From Eubacteriales bacterium (GTDB lineage: Bacteria; Bacillota; Clostridia; Christensenellales; CALWSW01): a stretch of 64,000 nucleotides of DNA. Where the stretch lies: the NCBI GenBank assembly GCA_031553675.1, contig JAVBLF010000023.1, positions 1,437-65,436 on the forward strand, given 5' to 3'. Below are positions 35,286 through 42,182 of this stretch, piece by piece. The notes beneath the pieces were generated by a model. The model ran no database searches, had not been told where the DNA came from, and saw only the letters and a program-made list of their open reading frames with translations. The position numbers and the translations under genes were made by a program. The first letter of the stretch is position 1. The number at the start of each line of letters is the position of its first letter.

Positions 35286-35615
35286 GTCAATCACCTCGAT
35301 GGGTCAAGCGTGTCCAAAAAACAAGAAAATAAGTGTCTACGGGAGACACTTTTTTCTCAAGCGAAGAATGGGCATCACAGCGCGGCGAGCAAGTGGCGAT
35401 GGATGCCGGAACCGGACAAGCGAAGAGAGCGCGAGCAGTGCCGGTTCAAGGGTTTCACCGAAGCGGCCGCCTGTCGTTTTATCGGATGCTTGGCGCAAAA
35501 CCCGCCGGGTTGTGGATGGGGCGCACAAAACAAAACAGCAAGGCTGCCGTAATCTGGTTGCAGCTGGCGTTTGCGCGATGAACGCTTTCGGCGGACAATC
35601 GCGCGTTTTGGGTTT

Positions 35616-35864
35616 TTAGGTGTTTTCGGCGCGCAGGTCGTGGAGGCAATCTGCGCATATGTTTTTTCCTTTATAGTAGACGACATCATTCATGCCGTTA
35701 CAAAAAATACACGAGGGTTGGTATTTTTTGAGGATGATGTTCTGTCCTTCTACAAAGATCTCGATGGGATCCTTGATTTCGATGCCCATGGTGCGGCGCA
35801 GTTCGATCGGAATGACGACGCGTCCCAGCTCATCTACTTTCCTGACGATGCCTGTGGATTTCAT
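35616..35864 (-). CDS. abrB: AbrB-family transition-state regulator with a C-terminal CxxC...CxxC
   Basis: MKSTGIVRKVDELGRVVIPIELRRTMGI is the AbrB swapped-hairpin N-domain. C-terminus CIFCNG..x15..CADC. AGGGGG RBS. Confidence 0.88.
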   Translation of the reverse strand: MKSTGIVRKVDELGRVVIPIELRRTMGIEIKDPIEIFVEGQNIILKKYQPSCIFCNGMNDVVYYKGKNICADCLHDLRAENT

Positions 35865-36204
35865 GTTGTACCCCCTGCTGTGTGAGTTTGGGTGTGGTGT
35901 GAGTCGGTCGTGGGAGCGGGGCGTGGAGCGTTACCTGGCAATTCGTAAATCCGCCTAAGAACCGAGTCATGTATACCTGCCGAATGAGTGTGGATCGGCG
36001 TGAGGACGATATTTTCCCCTTTCCTCCCGGCTCACTGGCCGCATACTTGCGGCAGCGAGAAAAAGGGGGAATACAATTTATATATTAATGCAATTCGAGC
36101 CAAAGTGCAACCTATATTTTCTATTTGCTGCCAAAAAAACGCAAATTCGAAAAAATTGTCTTGCATGTGCAGCATTTATGATATCTGACAAAAACATGCA
36201 CGCC

Positions 36205-36233
36205 TTGACGGAAGTGCAAGCCTGCAATAGAAT
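36205..36233 (+). promoter_or_regulatory. Sigma-A-type promoter of the SPFH/zinc-ribbon/TPM operon
   Basis: TTGACG, a 17-nt spacer, then TAGAAT. This leaves a leader of about 120 nt before ATG 36359. Confidence 0.6.
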
Positions 36234-36358
36234 ATTGCCATACTCGTGTACATGAACTTCGACATAGACAGCCTAACATCCAGTGATTCTATATGCAAGG
36301 AATAATTTTCTTGTGATGTTAAAATGTATATGCAGCGGCAATGAAAAGGAGGTTTTCC

Positions 36359-37609
36359 ATGGGCATCATCAAAGCAGCGGTCGGCGCGATTGGCGGCGGA
36401 CTGGCGGATTCCTGGCTCGAGGTACTCGAAGCCGACAACATGAGCGACACCACAGTCTTTACCGGGGCGGTCGCTGTTCGGAAAGACGACAAACGCAGCT
36501 CGAACAAAAAAAGCAGCGCGGCGACGATCTCGAACGGCTCGATCATCATGGTCGCGCAAAACCAGTTCATGTTGCTGACCGAGGGCGGCAAAGTCGTCGA
36601 TTACACCGCCGAACCCGGCTCGTTTAAGGTTGACAACTCGGCGATGCCGTCTTTGTTCAACGGCCAATTTCTCGATTCGCTCAAGGAAACCTTCTCCCGC
36701 GTCAAGTATGGCGGCGTGCCCTCGTCGGCCCAGCGCGCCTATTTTATCAACCTACAGGAGATCAAAAACATCGCGTTTGGCACGGTCAACCCGATCAACT
36801 ACTTCGACAACTTCTACAACGCCGAACTCTTCCTGCGCACGAACGGCTATTTTTCGATTCGCATTGTCGAACCGTTGAAGTTCTTCGCCGAAGCCATTCC
36901 GCGCAATTCGGAGCACGTCGACATCGAGGACATCCACAAGCTCTACCTTGCCGAGTTCCTCACCGCCCTCCAGACGGCGATCAACCAGATGTCGGTTGAC
37001 GGAATCCGCATCTCGCACGTCACCAGCAAGAGCATGGAACTCGCCAAGTACCTCGCCGACGTGCTCGACGACGAATGGACCGAACGCCGCGGTATGAAAG
37101 TCGAATCGGTCGGTCTCAACAGCATTTCCTACGACGAGGAATCCAAAAAGCTCATCAACATGCGCAACACCGGCGCCATGCTCTCCGACCCCGGCGTCCG
37201 CGAAGGCTATGTCCAGGGCAGCGTCGCGCGCGGAGTCGAAGCGGCCGGCTCGAACGCGGCCGGTTCCATGGCCGGATTTATGGGTGTCGGCTTGGGCATG
37301 CAGCAAGGCGGCAACCTCGTCGGGGCTGCCAGCGCCTCGAACCAAGCCCAGATGCAGCAAAACCAAACGACTTCGCAGCCTTCCGCCGCCGACGGCTGGA
37401 CCTGCGCCAGCGGTCACAAAGCGAGCGGCAAATTCTGCCCCGAATGCGGCGCGGCCCGTCCCAGCGCCTGGACTTGCGCCTGCGGCCAAAGCAACAGCGG
37501 CAAGTTTTGCTCGTCTTGCGGCCAGGCCAAGCCCTCCGATTGGACCTGTGCCTGCGGCCAAAAAAACAGCGGCAAGTTCTGTTCCAACTGCGGGAAGCCC
37601 CAAGCCTAG
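36359..37609 (+). CDS. SPFH-domain protein (YdjI-like, so-called virion-core-protein family) with three C-terminal zinc ribbons
   Basis: The ATG follows AAAGGAGG with 7-nt spacing. N-terminus MGIIKAAVGAIGGGLADSWLEVLE, a long SPFH-like body, a Gly/Ala/Gln linker, then 3 x WTCAxGxxxSGKFCxxCG. Confidence 0.7.
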   Translation: MGIIKAAVGAIGGGLADSWLEVLEADNMSDTTVFTGAVAVRKDDKRSSNKKSSAATISNGSIIMVAQNQFMLLTEGGKVVDYTAEPGSFKVDNSAMPSLFNGQFLDSLKETFSRVKYGGVPSSAQRAYFINLQEIKNIAFGTVNPINYFDNFYNAELFLRTNGYFSIRIVEPLKFFAEAIPRNSEHVDIEDIHKLYLAEFLTALQTAINQMSVDGIRISHVTSKSMELAKYLADVLDDEWTERRGMKVESVGLNSISYDEESKKLINMRNTGAMLSDPGVREGYVQGSVARGVEAAGSNAAGSMAGFMGVGLGMQQGGNLVGAASASNQAQMQQNQTTSQPSAADGWTCASGHKASGKFCPECGAARPSAWTCACGQSNSGKFCSSCGQAKPSDWTCACGQKNSGKFCSNCGKPQA

Positions 37610-37862
37610 AAACCCTTGAAACCCCTACGATCCATGCGGAAACGAATGGACTAACCGACCTTCGCGCGCGTATCCTGTAGGGAGAAGGAACGGGGCGGGC
37701 GGCAATAAGGCCGCCGCCCGTCCCGGCGTCCAGCAAATCGAAGATTTGCGGGGGAAGTTCTTTTGCTCCTTTTCTTTCAAGAAAAGGAGAAGAAAAAAGG
37801 AAAAAAGCAAAGGAAAAAAAGCAAAGGGAGAAGAAGCAAAAAGGGAAAAGGATGGTGACCGC

Positions 37863-38924
37863 ATGAGCAGCGACGCGAAGACCTACCACTGCCCAAACTG
37901 CGGGGGACCGCTGACGTTTGGGATCGGATCGCAGGCGTGGGACTGCAAGTTTTGCTTGTCGAGCTTTTCGCTCGAGCAGCTCGAAGCCACCGAAGCGGCA
38001 GAGAGCACAGACGACTACCTGGCGGGCGAAGGGTTTGCGGATGAAGGCTTTGGCGAGGGCGCGCGTGCCTTTTCGTGCGCGAGCTGCGGCGCCAACATCG
38101 TCACGGACGACACGACGGCGGCGACCTTTTGCGTGTTTTGCCGCAATCCCACGATCATTTCGGCGCGCCTCAAGGATCAGCACCGCCCGCAGCGCATCAT
38201 CCCGTTCAAGAAATCGAAAGAAGACGCCATGCGCGCGTTCGAAAACTTCTGCAAGGGAAAGCCGCTCTTGCCGCGCGCCTTCTTGAAGCGCAACCACATC
38301 GATGAAATGACGGGCGTCTACGTGCCGTTTTGGCTCTTTAGCGCCAAGGCCGACTGCGCCTTCGACGGCGAGGGCGACAAGGTTTCGACCTGGAGCGATT
38401 CCAACTACGACTACATCAAGACCGACACCTACGCTGTCCGTCGCGCGGGCACGATGAATTTCGTGGGCGTGCCGATCGACGGCTCCGTGAAGATGAGCGA
38501 CCAGATGATGGGCGCGATCGAACCTTTTCAATACAAGGAGCTGCTGCCTTTCTCCATGCAATACTTGTCGGGCCACTTCGCCGAAGACTACGACTTCGGC
38601 GTCGAGAAGGCGAAGCCCGTCGCAAAAGAACGTATGACGAGCAGCGCCCGGCAAGCGATCCGACGCACGGCGAACTATTCGTCGCTTCGCATGCACACGG
38701 AAAAAACCGATTTCGAAGGGGAGTCGGATGAGTACGTCATGCTGCCGGTGTGGATGCTTTCGACGCGATACAACGACAAGGTCTACACCTTCGCGATGAA
38801 CGGCCAGAGCGGTAAACTCGTGGGGGACCTTCCGATCAGCATGGGCCGATTTTTTGCTTGGACGGGTGGACTGACTGCCGTCTTCTTTTTGCTGATTACG
38901 GTGATTGCGGGGTGGCTGCTATGA
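37863..38924 (+). CDS. Zinc-ribbon membrane protein (YdjG-like)
   Basis: YHCPNCGGPL..DCKFC and FSCASCGANI..FCVFC ribbons, the conserved GVYVPFWLF block and a C-terminal TM segment (GGLTAVFFLLITVIAGWLL). The upstream in-frame Lys-rich extension is judged non-coding. Confidence 0.7.
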   Translation: MSSDAKTYHCPNCGGPLTFGIGSQAWDCKFCLSSFSLEQLEATEAAESTDDYLAGEGFADEGFGEGARAFSCASCGANIVTDDTTAATFCVFCRNPTIISARLKDQHRPQRIIPFKKSKEDAMRAFENFCKGKPLLPRAFLKRNHIDEMTGVYVPFWLFSAKADCAFDGEGDKVSTWSDSNYDYIKTDTYAVRRAGTMNFVGVPIDGSVKMSDQMMGAIEPFQYKELLPFSMQYLSGHFAEDYDFGVEKAKPVAKERMTSSARQAIRRTANYSSLRMHTEKTDFEGESDEYVMLPVWMLSTRYNDKVYTFAMNGQSGKLVGDLPISMGRFFAWTGGLTAVFFLLITVIAGWLL

Positions 38925-39793
38925 AAATGCGGCGAAAAGCTGGGTGGAGCGCCTTGCTCGCCATCGTTTTGGCGCTTTTGTGCATCATCGTCCCTTCGGC
39001 GCTCGCCGAGCGCGTGGGCAAGACATTTGACGACGCGGGCTTGCTGAGCTCCGACGAGATCGCGGCGCTCAACGATCGCATGGATACCTTTCGCGCCGAC
39101 TACGACATCGACATCGGTTTCGTCTCGACCAACGACGCGGGCGGCAAGACGATCGAGGCGTTCGCCGACGACTTCTACGACGACCCCGCCAATGGCTTCG
39201 CGGAAGACGGGTTGATACTCGCGATCGACATGGGAAGCCGCCAATTCCACGTTTCGACCTGCGGGAGCGCGATCGCCAAAATCCCCGACGCCTCGTTGGA
39301 GGCGCTCTTGGACGCGATCGCTGTCCCCTTGGGCAACGGCGATTTCGCCGGCGCTGCACAGACCTTCGTGCAAACCGTCGACGATACGTTTGCCTACGAC
39401 GCGAGCGGCGGCGGCATGCCGAGCGACGTTGGTGGCACTACGTCGGGCATCGTGAGCCAGAACGGATCGCAGGGAAACGTCGTTGCCGTCAGCAGCAGTC
39501 TGTCGCCCGGGCGCATCGCGATCTATTTCCTCATCGCGCTGGGCGTGGCGCTCGTCATCTGCGGCATCATGGTGGCGGTACATAAGTCGAGCCTCCGATC
39601 GCAACCGGCAGCCGCGCATTATCAGGATGAAAAGGGCTTCGTCATGACCGAGCAAAGAGACGACTTTCTCCGCACCCATACGTCGCGGACCGCGCGCCCC
39701 AAGGACGACGATTCGAGCCACCGCAGCGGCGGCTCATCGACGCATACGTCGTCGAGCGGGCGCACCCACGGCGGCGGCGGACGCAGTTTTTAA
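38921..39793 (+). CDS. TPM-domain protein (YdjH-like)
   Basis: ATGA overlap with the previous gene. Signal/TM segment, then FDDAGLLSSDEIAALNDRMDTF ... ILAIDMGSRQFHVSTCG, a TM segment, and a Ser/Gly/His-rich tail ending GGGGRSF. Confidence 0.75.
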   Translation: MKMRRKAGWSALLAIVLALLCIIVPSALAERVGKTFDDAGLLSSDEIAALNDRMDTFRADYDIDIGFVSTNDAGGKTIEAFADDFYDDPANGFAEDGLILAIDMGSRQFHVSTCGSAIAKIPDASLEALLDAIAVPLGNGDFAGAAQTFVQTVDDTFAYDASGGGMPSDVGGTTSGIVSQNGSQGNVVAVSSSLSPGRIAIYFLIALGVALVICGIMVAVHKSSLRSQPAAAHYQDEKGFVMTEQRDDFLRTHTSRTARPKDDDSSHRSGGSSTHTSSSGRTHGGGGRSF

Positions 39794-40044
39794 CCCGTAT
39801 CAAGTTGAATATCGGAAAGTAGGAATATGTTCGGAAAAAACTTACACTATGGATATTTTGTTCCACCTGCGCTATAATGGTACGTAATCGCACAGTAAAA
39901 TGGGCGGATATCATGTGATTCCGACATACAAAGTATGCAAAAGGTCGCGCGTGGCCGCCAATGCTCACGTCGCGAACGGCTGGACGTCCGGCGGCATGCG
40001 ATCCGTTTGTAGGCGCAGGCCCACAAATGAGGGAGAATGGTTTG

Positions 40045-42021
40045 ATGACTTTTCGTTTCGTCTTACGGGGGCGGATTCGTGTCCTCTGCATTGCGGCGAT
40101 GCTCCTGCTCACCGCAGTTTGGAGCGCGACGCTGATCGAAGCGAGGGCGAATTCGCCCACCCCGACGCTCGCAACGCCGGCGCCAACGGCTACGCCCGCG
40201 CCGACAGCGTTGACCAGCGACGAACCCATCGACTTGCTCAGTACCGACTTACCCACGTCGGCGCCCGCGCAACCCGGAGAGGCCGACGATGCCGAAGCAC
40301 AGGAAACGCCAAGCGCTGCGCCCGCATCGTCGAGCGAAGGCTTGATCGAGCTGAACGGCGGCACTTTGCGCATCGAAGGGCGGCCGGGCGAACGCGTGAC
40401 GCTGCAACTGCCGCTCGTCGTCAAGCGCGACGCCTTTGCTGGACAAACGCGCACGCTCAAGGAGATCCGCGTCGAGCCAGTCGTCTCCAGCGATCGGACA
40501 CAGTGGCCGTTCGAGACAGGGAAGATCGATTACACCCGCCACATTCCCAGCCTGGCACTCGGCGAAAGCGTCGATGTACTTTATGAATTCCAGCTGGATC
40601 GGCGCGCTGCCGAGGGCGATTACGACGTCACCTTCCATGCCGACTACACCGACGTGCAGGGCGAAGCCGAACAAATGCTGGCCGTCTCCCAGGCGGGCAG
40701 CGCGACGATCGTCTGCCAGGTCACGGTTCTGCCATCCGCCGCTGCCGGCGAAGGCAAGGCGAGTTCTGTCACCCTGACGCTCGACGACTACGAGATCCCG
40801 CAGGCCAAACCCGGCGAAAGTGTGACGCTGGTCTTGCCGCTCACCAACCACGGCGACACGTTGACCGAGATCGAATTGACCCCCGACATTTCGTCGGATC
40901 CCACGGCGTTCCCGTTCGCGATTCCCGACGCTGCCGACGGTGTCGATCTCGACGACATGTTGCACGGCGACACCGCCCACATCGAGTTAACGTTTACCGT
41001 CGCAGAAGGTTTGACGCCCGGCAAAAAGCCGGTGAACTTTACAGCGCTCTTCGAGGAGGGCGGCCAGACCGGCGAGTGTAAGATCACGGCGTATGTCGAC
41101 GTGCTGCCATCCCAGGCACCCACCACCGCAAGCGCGAACGATGCGCCGACGGCGACGATGCCCAACGCAGACGAAGGCGCGACGGTCGAAGCGACGCCGC
41201 TGCCGTCGGTGGAAACGCCGCTCCTGATCTGCCATTACGCGCTCCAGGAAGCGCGCGCCGTTGCGGGCGAACCCTTCTCGCTGCAAGTGGACCTCTCCAA
41301 CCCCAATGCCGACCTTGATCTCGAAGCGGTGACGCTGACTTGGACGGCCGACGACATGCCACAGAGCGATCGCATCGATATCGGCCGCATTCCGGCCGGG
41401 CAGAGCGTATCGCGCGCGATCGAAGGCGCGATCGACCGCGCGATCGAAGCGCGCGCCTATGCCCTCGACGTGGTCACCACCTACCAGACCCCCGACGGTA
41501 TGAGCTTCGAAAACGAACAGCACATCCTCTTGCCGGTGCGCCAACCGCTCAAGGTCGCGATCGATGCTTTGGCGCTCGAGGCGAAGTCAGTCGGCAAGGA
41601 CGCGCCCTTTGGCATCGACTTTACGATCGCCAACCAAGGCGAAGCGCCGATATACAACGTCGCGGTCGAACTCGAGGGCAATGCCTTGCTGCTCGAAGAG
41701 GGCTTTTTCGGCGACACGATCGCGTCCGGCGAAGAAAAGCGCGTCGCGCTGCGCCTCGTTGCCGCGCAGGAGGGGGACCAAGAGGCCAAATTGCTGATCA
41801 ACTACGAAGACGAGTTTGGCGAGCACTACACCGAACGCCGCGACGTTGCGGTCGCCGTACACGCGTCCTCCCTTTCCGTGCCGCAGCCGTCCGACGTCAA
41901 CCCAACGACCCAGCCCGATCCCAGCTCCAAACCGCCCACCATGCTCATCGCGTTCGGCGGCGTCGCGCTGCTCGCCTTGTGTGGGTTCGCGTTCTGGCAC
42001 TTTCACGGCAAACAAAAGTAG
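40045..42021 (+). CDS. Large secreted, C-terminally anchored surface protein with about four repeated beta-sandwich-like modules (CARDB/NEW3/COG1361-like)
   Basis: GAGGGAGAA RBS. Signal peptide, a Pro/Thr/Ala linker, recurring PGE-V-L-LPL ... FPF modules, and a C-terminal TM segment (MLIAFGGVALLALCGFAFW) followed by HFHGKQK. Confidence 0.6.
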   Translation: MTFRFVLRGRIRVLCIAAMLLLTAVWSATLIEARANSPTPTLATPAPTATPAPTALTSDEPIDLLSTDLPTSAPAQPGEADDAEAQETPSAAPASSSEGLIELNGGTLRIEGRPGERVTLQLPLVVKRDAFAGQTRTLKEIRVEPVVSSDRTQWPFETGKIDYTRHIPSLALGESVDVLYEFQLDRRAAEGDYDVTFHADYTDVQGEAEQMLAVSQAGSATIVCQVTVLPSAAAGEGKASSVTLTLDDYEIPQAKPGESVTLVLPLTNHGDTLTEIELTPDISSDPTAFPFAIPDAADGVDLDDMLHGDTAHIELTFTVAEGLTPGKKPVNFTALFEEGGQTGECKITAYVDVLPSQAPTTASANDAPTATMPNADEGATVEATPLPSVETPLLICHYALQEARAVAGEPFSLQVDLSNPNADLDLEAVTLTWTADDMPQSDRIDIGRIPAGQSVSRAIEGAIDRAIEARAYALDVVTTYQTPDGMSFENEQHILLPVRQPLKVAIDALALEAKSVGKDAPFGIDFTIANQGEAPIYNVAVELEGNALLLEEGFFGDTIASGEEKRVALRLVAAQEGDQEAKLLINYEDEFGEHYTERRDVAVAVHASSLSVPQPSDVNPTTQPDPSSKPPTMLIAFGGVALLALCGFAFWHFHGKQK

Positions 42022-42046
42022 CCGTGACACCGATTCATGACGCAAA

Positions 42047-42074
42047 CAAAAGTGGCCGCTCGGCCACTTTTTTG
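42047..42074 (+). terminator. Rho-independent terminator
   Basis: AGTGGCC-GCTC-GGCCACT followed by TTTTTT. Confidence 0.8.
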
Positions 42075-42182
42075 CTGGTTTCGCCCGTGCCATCTCACAA
42101 AAGCTTGTGCTTTTTCGGCGGTCGTGTAAAAATGGTGATTGGACCGGTTCGAGTCAAAATTTGACGAAATGAGGGCAATCAG

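Noticed and set aside
36359-37609. Prophage remnant, because this family is often labelled 'virion core protein'
   Set aside because: There are no capsid, terminase, portal, integrase or lysis genes anywhere nearby. The neighbours are the cellular YdjG/YdjH-type partners. The label is a historical COG name for an SPFH-like protein.
37746-37862. Lys/Arg/Glu-rich N-terminal extension of the ydjG-like protein (the track ORF starts at 37746)
   Set aside because: The extension is just the translation of a polypurine tract and begins at a weak TTG without an RBS. Homologues start close to the first zinc ribbon (MSSDAKTYHCPNCGG). It is kept as an open question in the findings rather than as a feature.
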